A stretch of DNA of 64,000 bases, from IMG/VR virus record IMGVR_UViG_3300045988_156369. The stretch is one strand, 5' to 3'. A program made the position numbers and the translations under genes. Under the pieces are notes generated by a model. The model was not told the origin of the DNA and did no database searches. It saw nothing but the letters and a program-made list of their open reading frames with translations. Position 1 is the stretch's first letter. Each line of letters begins with the position of its first letter. Shown here piece after piece: positions 25,413 through 33,616 of the stretch. This stretch comes from a virus.

Positions 25413-25868
25413 TTACTGAGCGGCGGTTTCGTTTGCCGGGGTGGTCTGGGCGGCCGGGGTGGAAACTTCAATGCCGGCGATGATGGCATCGTGGTCGGCC
25501 TTGAGCTGAGCCAGAGTTGCAGCGGCCTGGGTTTCGATTTCATCCAGGTGCTTCTTTGCGAAGCCGATGCGCTCGGCGACATGCTCCTTGGCCTTGGTGA
25601 TGTCTTCGAGGTCGGCGGGCAGGTCCTCAACGTAGATGGCATTGTCGGTGCCGAAGGCGGACTTGGCGAAGCAGATGCCGTAGGTGGACATGCTCTGCTT
25701 GGCGGACGGGGCAATGGCAAAGATGATTTCATCGTCATCGCCGGACTTTTTGCCGGGCTTGGTCAGCTGCAGGGCCTGGGGAGCCTTGGTGTGAAGGGTT
25801 TTGAGCTGAGCCATAGTCAGGGCGGAGGTGATGGAGAAAGTGGTTTCGTTGATTTTGACAGTAGACAT
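25413..25868 (-). CDS. hypothetical protein (151 aa), first gene of the E1/JAB cassette
   Basis: ORF with RBS. Its position is equivalent to PRTRC protein E (positional only). Confidence 0.65.
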   Translation of the reverse strand: MSTVKINETTFSITSALTMAQLKTLHTKAPQALQLTKPGKKSGDDDEIIFAIAPSAKQSMSTYGICFAKSAFGTDNAIYVEDLPADLEDITKAKEHVAERIGFAKKHLDEIETQAAATLAQLKADHDAIIAGIEVSTPAAQTTPANETAAQ

Positions 25869-25936
25869 AATGTGTGTCCTTTCTTTGGCGTGTAGCCAAT
25901 GTAAAAAATATTTGCAAGTGCGGAATGCACGGTTGC

Positions 25937-26062
25937 CTAGGTTGGGAAATTGGTGAGGGAAGCGAGTTCATGGCAGGCTTCGCGGTAAGTATCGGCGGAC
26001 TGGATGAAGGTGGGGCCGTCACGGATTTCGTAATGGCCGTGGGTGGGGATGATGATGTACAT
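25937..26062 (-). CDS. small hypothetical protein (41 aa, below the ORF-track cutoff)
   Basis: ATG at 26062 preceded by AAAAGGAG and by the conserved 16-nt motif. Translates as MYIIIPTHGHYEIRDGPTF... Confidence 0.4.
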   Translation of the reverse strand: MYIIIPTHGHYEIRDGPTFIQSADTYREACHELASLTNFPT

Positions 26063-26080
26063 GGGGGTCAACTCCTTTTG

Positions 26081-26096
26081 TTTGCGAAAACTTGTA
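26081..26096 (-). promoter_or_regulatory. Conserved motif copy 2 (TACAAGTTTTCGCAAA)
   Basis: Identical 16-mer, 18 nt upstream of the 26062 ATG. Confidence 0.5.
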
Positions 26097-26120
26097 AATA
26101 ACAGGGTGAAATAAAACCTA

Positions 26121-26149
26121 CCAGACGGGGCAGGGCGGGGAACAAATTA
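26121..26149 (-). repeat. Partial (hairpin-less) copy of the RNA-element linear block
   Basis: Minus sense AAUUUGUUCCCCGCCCUGCCCCGUCUGG. Compare copy B, AAUUUGUUCCCCUGUCCCACCCCCCUGG. Confidence 0.4.
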
Positions 26150-26297
26150 TAATAAGGCTGGGATGCGCTGTGAGAAACGAGAAGAAAACGGGCGAGAAAC
26201 TGCATGGCCACAAGGAAACACGGCCTGTAGGGGCTGTGTGGGGCGCTGAGAGGGATGCGGTTTCATGCTGGCGGGTGACTTTGTGATTTTGATTATA

Positions 26298-26313
26298 TAC
26301 AAGTTTTCGCAAA
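26298..26313 (+). promoter_or_regulatory. Conserved motif copy 3, divergent from copy 2
   Basis: Identical 16-mer on the plus strand preceded by TTATATA. No ORF follows it. Confidence 0.45.
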
Positions 26314-26438
26314 TGTTCAAGCCGTAAAAATGTTGCTTGATGCGGTGAGAATGTTGCATGGCCGATGACAAAATATGTTTGTTTTTAAGCGGTACAAACC
26401 CGGTGAGGTGGTGGGTTAGTAAAAGCAATGTTCCAAAA

Positions 26439-26506
26439 CGGCCTAAAAATTGCGTGTCAATACGACTAGGAAGGTTCAAAATCGGGCTGAAAACAGCACG
26501 TCAATA
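26439..26506. repeat. Two 24-nt iteron-like sites
   Basis: 26439-26462 and 26483-26506 are reverse complements of the sites at 41867-41891 and 41942-41966. Consensus ATTGACRYGCWRTTTTYAGSSCG. Confidence 0.7.
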
Positions 26507-26589
26507 GCGTTTATATATAAAGATAAAGATAGATATATAAGAGGGCGGTGCGTCCGGCGTTTGGAATGGGAACGGGTTTTGCGCTTGTG

Positions 26590-27207
26590 TTACGGGTTTG
26601 CGGGGCTCTGGGGTACGGGTTTATAGGCGGCGCAGGTTTTGGTGGCGGAACAGGAAACGGTGTTCGTTTTGGTGATGGGAATGGTGGGTGCGATGGGAGG
26701 AGCGGCAAGGGTGGTGGCGGACTGGAGAGTGAGAGGTTTCGTTTCGGCTTTGGCTTCCGTCATCTTGGTAGGTTTGATTTTGCCATCAATAACATCGTGC
26801 AGGTAGTTATAGCAGCCGATGACGAACAGAGACTTGCGAAGAGGATCAGCGAAGAAATCATCAATGGTGTAAGGATAAGAAGCTTTTTCGTGAATGGCTT
26901 CGTTGCTGTAGTTGTAGCCATAAGAGTAAACGGTGGTGGGGCTGTGGCGGACATTGAATTTGCGGGTGATGTAGTTGCAGCCGAGCTTGACATAATTCAT
27001 GAAGGCGGCAGAGCTGTAGTTGAGGACATCGCGGACGGGAAGAGAAACGGGGAAATCAGCAGCGGCAATAATTTCATCGTAGAGGGTGACGATACGCTTT
27101 GCCAGGCCGGTTTTGGTGGTAAGGAACCAGTCGTCCTGGGTTTTGAGCTGGCGGATGGCGGCATCAAGAGCTTTTTCGGAAGTAATTTTTCTTTCAAAGT
27201 CAGTCAT
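26590..27207 (-). CDS. hypothetical protein (205 aa)
   Basis: ORF with RBS. Confidence 0.7.
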   Translation of the reverse strand: MTDFERKITSEKALDAAIRQLKTQDDWFLTTKTGLAKRIVTLYDEIIAAADFPVSLPVRDVLNYSSAAFMNYVKLGCNYITRKFNVRHSPTTVYSYGYNYSNEAIHEKASYPYTIDDFFADPLRKSLFVIGCYNYLHDVIDGKIKPTKMTEAKAETKPLTLQSATTLAAPPIAPTIPITKTNTVSCSATKTCAAYKPVPQSPANP

Positions 27208-27245
27208 GGTAAGTAATTCCTTTCTTGGCTTAGAGTTTAATAGGC

Positions 27246-27276
27246 AAAAGAAAAAAGCCTTGCGGGTAGGCAGGGC
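27246..27276 (-). terminator. Intrinsic terminator
   Basis: Minus sense GCCCUGC-CUACCC-GCAAGGC followed by UUUUUUCUUUU. Confidence 0.6.
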
Positions 27277-27293
27277 TTTGGGGTGATTGATTT

Positions 27294-27677
27294 TTAAGTT
27301 TCTCCCAAAGGAGTTTTTCCATGGTACTGAAAATCCAGATCATAATTACGACCACAGATACATTCCATTGTTACAACAGGTTTGCTTTGCGAGGTTTCGG
27401 GTTTATAAACATGAAGAATGCCCTGTGTTTTACCGCAATCGGGGCATTTGAAGTCGGTAAATTCATCACAGAGAGGTTCGAGTGTCACCCAGCCGTCCGG
27501 GTTGCTAACAATAACATCCCAGATGAGAAACATAATGTTACCAGGAGTCAGGACGCCGGGGGAATCCTCATTAAGATTAGAAAGCTTTGGTTCTTCGCCC
27601 CAGGACTTATCATACCGAAACTGGGAACCTGCGGGAATACCAGGAAGGTCTTTCAAGGTGGTTACTTTATAAACCAT
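27294..27677 (-). CDS. hypothetical protein with Cys4 cluster (127 aa)
   Basis: ORF containing CPDCG...CICG. Confidence 0.68.
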   Translation of the reverse strand: MVYKVTTLKDLPGIPAGSQFRYDKSWGEEPKLSNLNEDSPGVLTPGNIMFLIWDVIVSNPDGWVTLEPLCDEFTDFKCPDCGKTQGILHVYKPETSQSKPVVTMECICGRNYDLDFQYHGKTPLGET

Positions 27678-27715
27678 AGTTCAATCTCCTTTCTTGAATC
27701 GTTTTGTACCGCAGG

Positions 27716-28069
27716 TTAATGCACAGCGGCGAGGACGGGGGCGGCGGCACAGCAGAGGGTTTTGCAGCCGATGACGCGGCCTTGGGTATCGCGGACCATG
27801 CAGCAGGGGTAAAAGACATCGGAGCGGGTGGGGACGCGGGAGGCAACAAGAGCACTGACAATGTAAATCGTATTGGGCATGGGGTTTGGCAGGTTTTCGA
27901 CATCGCCATAGTAAGAGTGGGAGATGGGGATGGTTGTGCCGGAAGCGGTGGTGAATTCGCCGTCGGAAATGGATTCAACATAGACGCGGGCAACCACGCC
28001 GAAGGGCTTGATGGAGGCGGTGCCAATATTGATTTCGTGCGGGGTGAGGTTGAGAATTTGGGTAGACAT
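27716..28069 (-). CDS. hypothetical protein (117 aa)
   Basis: ORF with GAAAGGAAG RBS. Confidence 0.68.
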   Translation of the reverse strand: MSTQILNLTPHEINIGTASIKPFGVVARVYVESISDGEFTTASGTTIPISHSYYGDVENLPNPMPNTIYIVSALVASRVPTRSDVFYPCCMVRDTQGRVIGCKTLCCAAAPVLAAVH

Positions 28070-28286
28070 GGGGCGGTACTTCCTTTCATGCTGCGCAGCT
28101 TTGTGGCTTGCAGATTCGTTTTTGAATTTACAATTTGTTCATAAGATTTGTTAGGATGGTAAAATTTATGCGGATTTTAACTTGGAAAGTTTGGTGGAAA
28201 CGGAGAAATAATTTTGTTTTGCGGTTTGGTTTATGATTGGATTATACAACCAAACGTTGTGATGCGCTAGTGCAAAAGGTTGGACA

Positions 28287-28616
28287 TTAGTAATAATAGC
28301 GGCGTTCCAAATCATATTTGCCGTTGGGGGTGAGGCCGTCGGGGGTGGACCAATCGCAGGTATCCTCTTCGTTTTCGGCAGTGGGGCGGATGATGGGCCA
28401 GGTGACGATATAGCACGGGGCAGTGAAATCCTTGGCGATTTCGTTGGGGCAGATGGCTGTGGCAACGTACTGGGCGATACCGTGGTAACAATCATAGGAG
28501 CAGTAGGCTTGTTCCAGGAGGATGAGGGGCTTGCCATCGTAAGAGCAGGCACCGTTGAGTTCCAGGCGGGAGAGTTCGGACTGGAGGTTGAAGGGGTGGC
28601 GGGTTTTGGTTTTCAT
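28287..28616 (-). CDS. hypothetical protein (109 aa)
   Basis: ORF with GAAAGG RBS. Confidence 0.65.
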   Translation of the reverse strand: MKTKTRHPFNLQSELSRLELNGACSYDGKPLILLEQAYCSYDCYHGIAQYVATAICPNEIAKDFTAPCYIVTWPIIRPTAENEEDTCDWSTPDGLTPNGKYDLERRYYY

Positions 28617-28633
28617 TTTGGTTCGACCTTTCT

Positions 28634-28831
28634 TTAGCAGACTGTGTTGTTATGAATTGGGTAGCGGCGTTTGCGGATCATGGGGCAGATGTGTTCATTT
28701 TCAATGTAAGCTTTGCGGTCGGCTTTGGCTTCCCGCATTGTGCTGCACTGGGTAAGGACTTCAAGGCCATCGCCATAACCATAATCATAAACGACCTCGT
28801 ATACATCCTCAGTTTTACGTTCATAAGCCAT
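28634..28831 (-). CDS. hypothetical protein (65 aa)
   Basis: ATG at 28831 preceded by GAAAGGAAG. Confidence 0.6.
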   Translation of the reverse strand: MAYERKTEDVYEVVYDYGYGDGLEVLTQCSTMREAKADRKAYIENEHICPMIRKRRYPIHNNTVC

Positions 28832-28881
28832 GATGGAACTTCCTTTCTTTGACAATACTGTTACTTAATTTTGATTGACGT

Positions 28882-29535
28882 TCAAAAATCAATCTTGAGG
28901 CGGCGCTCTTTAATGGGGATGGTTTCAAAGTGGTAGCCGTCATCGTAAGTGTTGGGGATGCGGGTGCGCTTGGTATCGTGGCGAATGGTGGAGAGTGGGG
29001 CGGCAAGGAGCAGGGAGAGGATAGCCCCGGCAGCGGATTCAATCTCGGAATCAGGACAGCCAAAGCCGATAAGCGGGTCAGTAAACCAGGACTTGGGGCT
29101 TTCTTCCATACAAGCATCGCCGGAGTAGGTTTCGCTTTTGGGATCGATAGGGGTTTTGAGGTAGTGGAAGGGAAAGAAAGGGTTATTGTCCAGGCTATAG
29201 GAGTAGTAAACGCCGTTCATTGTGAAGTTGATATAGCTGGTGTGGGTGACGGTGATGGGGGCGTTGGGGATGGACTGGAAAAGGGCGAGTTCCTTTTGGA
29301 GGTTGGAAATCAGCGGTTCCCGCACTTTGGGATGGAAGGTTGAAGATGATTCAATGCGGCGCTGCGTTGCGGTGCAGGCTTCTTCCAGGTTGCGGTCAGA
29401 GATGACGGCGGAATACAAGGGTTTCACTTTGCCGCCCTGGGCGGTGATGAGCTGGGCCAGGCAGGTAAGGATGCGGGCAGAGTTATACTGCCAGGAGGTT
29501 GCGTAAAGACGTTTGTTCTCTTTGGTGACAATCAT
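28882..29535 (-). CDS. hypothetical protein (217 aa)
   Basis: ATG at 29535 preceded by GAAAGGAAG. Confidence 0.7.
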   Translation of the reverse strand: MIVTKENKRLYATSWQYNSARILTCLAQLITAQGGKVKPLYSAVISDRNLEEACTATQRRIESSSTFHPKVREPLISNLQKELALFQSIPNAPITVTHTSYINFTMNGVYYSYSLDNNPFFPFHYLKTPIDPKSETYSGDACMEESPKSWFTDPLIGFGCPDSEIESAAGAILSLLLAAPLSTIRHDTKRTRIPNTYDDGYHFETIPIKERRLKIDF

Positions 29536-29567
29536 TGTGGGGCTTCCTTTCATCTTGTGATTCAGTG

Positions 29568-30062
29568 TTAAAACCAGGTGATAGAATCAAGGTCGGCGGC
29601 AGGAATTTCTCTGCGGTCGGCAAAAATGCCTTTATATTCCGGGTGGTCGGACGGGATGAGGAAGGCGGTAACATCTTTGGCGCTCTCAAGCGTTTTCTGC
29701 ACGATTCGTTCCGCAATGATGGTGGACATGGCAGTAAAATAAGTAACGCATTTTGCGTAGGGAATATAAAACGTGACGGCGTACTGGCGCAGTTCAGGCT
29801 GCCAGATGCGATAGGGGTCATTCAAGGCTAGGCTGCGCAGATTGACAAAGTGGTTGTGGTGTGCCTTGATTGCGGCGCGGCATTCATTCAGGACCTGGGC
29901 GGTGCCGGGAATGATATCCGTGGGGAGAACCGGTTCGTCATCGGTGAAGTAGCTGCGAATAGCGGAACGGATTTCATCTATCGTTTGGCGGCTGTTATAA
30001 TGGCCGATGACGGTAGGTGCGTGGGTGGAATCAGTGAGAATGAGAGCGTAGGGGGTATTCAT
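29568..30062 (-). CDS. hypothetical protein, paralog of 30467-31141
   Basis: MNTPYALILTDSTHAPTVIGHYNSRQ here versus MNSLYALILTDSLHLPTTIGYFNTRP in the paralog. Confidence 0.72.
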   Translation of the reverse strand: MNTPYALILTDSTHAPTVIGHYNSRQTIDEIRSAIRSYFTDDEPVLPTDIIPGTAQVLNECRAAIKAHHNHFVNLRSLALNDPYRIWQPELRQYAVTFYIPYAKCVTYFTAMSTIIAERIVQKTLESAKDVTAFLIPSDHPEYKGIFADRREIPAADLDSITWF

Positions 30063-30092
30063 TTTGCAGCTTCCTTTCATGATTCAATTTAT

Positions 30093-30449
30093 TCAGAGGT
30101 AGTAGGCGGGAAACGCCTGGCCGACTTCTTTATAGGTGGTGAGGATGGGGCCGTGGCGACAGATAAAATCATGCAGGCCGGCACGCAGGGCGCTGAAGAT
30201 TGCGTCTTCGTTGTAATGGGCGGACGCTTTGTTATAATCGCGCTGCCAGGTGGTAAAGTAGGTCCGAATCGCTTTGGATTCCCAATCATTTTGGAGGAAA
30301 GCGGGAACCTTGCCGGAATCATACTGCTGCCAGGCTTTGGCAAAACGGATATCGCCATAGATGCGGGAGGCCATGTTATAGGCGATTTTCTGCTCTGCGG
30401 TGCAGACGGACTTATCCACGCCACGGATTTTGTGGTATTGCAGTTTCAT
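30093..30449 (-). CDS. hypothetical protein (118 aa)
   Basis: ORF with RBS. Confidence 0.68.
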   Translation of the reverse strand: MKLQYHKIRGVDKSVCTAEQKIAYNMASRIYGDIRFAKAWQQYDSGKVPAFLQNDWESKAIRTYFTTWQRDYNKASAHYNEDAIFSALRAGLHDFICRHGPILTTYKEVGQAFPAYYL

Positions 30450-30466
30450 TGCGGAACTCCTTTCAA

Positions 30467-31141
30467 TCAGAGAATAATCTGGGTGCCTTCATCCAGGGAC
30501 TTGCGGAGGGTATTGGCAAGCGCGTTGAGGTCCGTGAAGTTTTCATTGGGCAGGGGAGAGTTGACGGCGTGATAGGCAAAGGTTTCAAACTGGCTGCGGC
30601 TGATGGTGCCGGAGTCGGCCAGCTTAGCGAATTCAATGAGGGAATCGGCAGTGGGTTTGGGCTGATGGAGGGCGAGGGCATCCAGCATTTCCGGCTTGAC
30701 TTCCGTGTAGCCAACGGTTTCAACATGTTCATCCGGGAAGGCCGTTACGATAACTGTACAGTTGGGAACGGTGTGGGAGACGATACGGGTGGCGGTGAGA
30801 TCTGTGACGGTTTCCATAACGGTGAAGTAACGGTCGCCGGCTGCGGTTTCATAATAGACGCGGAACGGGGTTGTTTCGGGGTCGGAGAGGTCATCGACAG
30901 GCTTAACGCGCAGGTCTACATAGTGCGCGGGATTCTTTTCGATTGCGGTGCGGCATTCATCCAGGATGTTCACTGCGGCGTTGGAGAAGCAGTTGAGGCT
31001 TTCGACCGACTGGGATTCATCGTCCAGCCAGGCGCGGGCACTCTGGCGGGCTTGACAGGCGGCGGGACGGGTATTAAAATAGCCGATGGTGGTGGGCAGG
31101 TGAAGGGAATCGGTGAGGATGAGGGCATAAAGAGAATTCAT
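30467..31141 (-). CDS. hypothetical protein, paralog of 29568-30062
   Basis: Shared N-terminal 100 aa pattern. RBS present. Confidence 0.72.
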   Translation of the reverse strand: MNSLYALILTDSLHLPTTIGYFNTRPAACQARQSARAWLDDESQSVESLNCFSNAAVNILDECRTAIEKNPAHYVDLRVKPVDDLSDPETTPFRVYYETAAGDRYFTVMETVTDLTATRIVSHTVPNCTVIVTAFPDEHVETVGYTEVKPEMLDALALHQPKPTADSLIEFAKLADSGTISRSQFETFAYHAVNSPLPNENFTDLNALANTLRKSLDEGTQIIL

Positions 31142-31184
31142 TTTGGGTACTTCCTTTCATTTCACACTGTTTTTGGCAGGGGAT

Positions 31185-31373
31185 TCAATCGGCATCAATG
31201 GCCAGGGCGTATTCATCCGACTGGCCAAAGACGGTGAGGGTTACGGTTGCAGGGCTGGACGGGTCATAATCAATTTGGATGTTGGTCATAACCAGGCGGC
31301 AGGTGGCGGCAAAGGTCAGGAGGATAAGGCCGAGGGAGAGGAGGAGGGCGGAGAGAATGCGGCGAGGTTTCAT
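31185..31373 (-). CDS. small secreted or lipoprotein-like protein (62 aa)
   Basis: N-terminal signal-like MKPRRILSALLLSLGLILLTFAATC. Confidence 0.55.
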   Translation of the reverse strand: MKPRRILSALLLSLGLILLTFAATCRLVMTNIQIDYDPSSPATVTLTVFGQSDEYALAIDAD

Positions 31374-31467
31374 TTTGGGGACTTCCTTTCATTTCAATAA
31401 AAAACGCCCTGGCGGTGAAGTCAGAGCGCAAAGAACTTATTCATGATGTTCATGATGGGATTCAGGG

Positions 31468-31704
31468 TCAGGCCGCCTTGCGGTGGGTGGCGGTGCGGTG
31501 CTTTGCCGCTTTGGGTTTGGCTGCCGGTTTGTGAGTGGCATACACGGCCAGAATCAAAACAGACAGGGAAACGGCCAGCAGAATGAAGGGGTGACGAGTG
31601 GCCAGGGCGGGAAGGCCGAAGAGAATGGCGCACGCGGTGGCGCTGAACAGGGCGAAGCGGGTGAGGTGGACGGCCAGGCGCTTATAAATGTGTTTTAATT
31701 TCAT
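31468..31704 (-). CDS. small membrane protein (78 aa)
   Basis: Two hydrophobic segments and a basic tail. Confidence 0.55.
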   Translation of the reverse strand: MKLKHIYKRLAVHLTRFALFSATACAILFGLPALATRHPFILLAVSLSVLILAVYATHKPAAKPKAAKHRTATHRKAA

Positions 31705-31730
31705 AATGGACTTCCTTTCAACCTAACAAT

Positions 31731-31985
31731 TCAATCTTCAACTTCGATTTTGCACTGAAAGCTATCCGGGATCGTATCATAAAGGCGACGCAGGACACAA
31801 CGTTCCCAGTCTGACCATTCGGCAGCAGGGAAGAGAAGATCAAAGTCATTCCGACCAAGAGCGGCTTCCATGTGGCTTTCTACCAGGTCAGCATAATGTT
31901 TGGCAAGCTCTTTACGGGAAAAGCTTTTCAGAGTTTCGGAAAAGTTGCCGGCAGGAGTATTCCAATTCAAATTAACTGAAAACAT
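31731..31985 (-). CDS. hypothetical protein (84 aa)
   Basis: ATG at 31985 preceded by GAAAGGAAA. The longer track ORF is an upstream read-through. Confidence 0.6.
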   Translation of the reverse strand: MFSVNLNWNTPAGNFSETLKSFSRKELAKHYADLVESHMEAALGRNDFDLLFPAAEWSDWERCVLRRLYDTIPDSFQCKIEVED

Positions 31986-32082
31986 GATGGGATTTCCTTT
32001 CATTTTATAATCTGGATTTGCTTTTGAAAATGGTGGTAGGATGCTTTCTTCCCCCGGCCTACCAACTCCGGGCATGGGGGTG

Positions 32083-32310
32083 TTACAGCGTGGCAATGAG
32101 GGTGCAGTCAATGGGCTGCGCTCCCGGATAAAGCGATTCCGCAACGGGTTCATTTTCGGAATCAAATGCCAGGGCACGCTTGCAGCGGCCGCAAAGCAGA
32201 TCGAGCACTTTGTGTTCCGCCCCACCGTTAGAATAAGCGGGGATGACAGACTTAAACAGGGCACCGGTGGAAAGTTGGAACCGGACTTCAAACAACTTCA
32301 TTTCAAACAT
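32083..32310 (-). CDS. hypothetical protein (75 aa)
   Basis: ORF with GAAAGGAAG RBS. Confidence 0.55.
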   Translation of the reverse strand: MFEMKLFEVRFQLSTGALFKSVIPAYSNGGAEHKVLDLLCGRCKRALAFDSENEPVAESLYPGAQPIDCTLIATL

Positions 32311-32356
32311 AGTTTTTTACTTCCTTTCATACTTCAATTCGTTTTGCGGAGGCGGA

Positions 32357-32920
32357 TCAGAATGCACCGCCGTCAAGATACAAACCGATTTTATCCGTGA
32401 CGGCAACGCGGCGGCCGTTAATTTCGACCTTATCACCATAGGCCAGGAGGGTGGCAAGGCGGTATTCGTGGCAGTTACCGTGCTGACGGCTTTTGAACTT
32501 GAAATGATTTTTGCGGATGACGCCGGCCTGCATTTGAGCGGCAAAGAAACGCGGGGCAAGAGCTTTCATTTTGGCGGCGCGATAGACTGCCAGGGCTTTC
32601 CGGTATTCTGCCGTTGCGTGTTCCGGCGGGGTCATGGGGAAGCGCTTGAAAATTTCGGCGACGTGTTCGGACGTTTCAGCGGTTGCGCGGAACGGCACCC
32701 AAAAAGATTCATTTTGCCCACGGCAAGGGCGCATAAAAATCATTTGGCCCTTGTACATATGCGGGCGGGCAACATAGGGGCCAACGCGGTCAACCCCGTA
32801 AATGTCCCCGGCTTGCAGGTTATACCCGTGCCAGGGCGTGGGGCTGGTGCATTGGCGGGGGCTTTTCATCTTATACCCGGCCACACTTTTGGCGGCGGGT
32901 TTTGCGTGTTTGCGTGACAT
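32357..32920 (-). CDS. hypothetical basic protein (187 aa)
   Basis: ORF with AAGAGGTG RBS. Confidence 0.68.
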   Translation of the reverse strand: MSRKHAKPAAKSVAGYKMKSPRQCTSPTPWHGYNLQAGDIYGVDRVGPYVARPHMYKGQMIFMRPCRGQNESFWVPFRATAETSEHVAEIFKRFPMTPPEHATAEYRKALAVYRAAKMKALAPRFFAAQMQAGVIRKNHFKFKSRQHGNCHEYRLATLLAYGDKVEINGRRVAVTDKIGLYLDGGAF

Positions 32921-33046
32921 TTGGGTACACCTCTTTTGTATAATTTATTCAAACATTCGTTCTTTCCGGGCGCGGCGGTCATGCCCACTTTGCCCGGTTA
33001 TGAAGGCGGTTTTGTTTTGGCGCGTGGTTTTGTGGCGCTTGTACTC

Positions 33047-33075
33047 TTGCATTTTACCGGCTGAAATGTTATAAT
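33047..33075 (+). promoter_or_regulatory. Near-consensus sigma70-type promoter, antisense to the leftward arm
   Basis: TTGCAT (33047-33052), 17-nt spacer, TGtTATAAT (extended -10, 33067-33075). Confidence 0.5.
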
Positions 33076-33616
33076 TAACCTGTGAAAAAACAGGCCATTG
33101 TTATAACGGCGTGTGAATACACTTTCCGGGTTGACAAGAGGTGCAAGGCTCAAACCACGGGGCCGCGACAAAACCGCCATATATGTACACTTGTGTAATC
33201 TATACAGGTTTTGCAAGTTGGGTTTTGCGCTTTACAATGCTTTACCATATTGACGCGGGATTAAAACCCCGTTGCCAGGCTGCAAAGGGTACACTTTCCG
33301 GGCGGAATTTATGCACACTTTTTGCGGCGGCATGGTAAAACAAGTGGGATATAGCGAACAAACAGGGCCCTTTGCGTGCACCGTGTTCCCACGGCATTTT
33401 TTAAGCACAGGGCGCACAAGTAAACCGTTCCCGGCTTTTGTGTCAACCTGCTTATTCTGTTGTCAAGGTGCTTTTGCCGTCTATACCGGGCGGCGCGGTG
33501 CTGCAATCAGTAACACGGGGGCGCTTTTTGGGGCGCTCTTGTGTTTCCAGCCCCGCGGCGCGGACGCTTGCAGCGTGGGGCCATACCGCCCAAAGAGGGC
33601 GGCGCGGTGGATTGAA

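Noticed and set aside
26121-26149. A fifth full copy of the structured RNA element.
   Set aside because: Only the linear AAUUUGUUCCCC/C-rich block is present. The hairpin with the UCAUAU loop and a flanking inverted repeat are absent.
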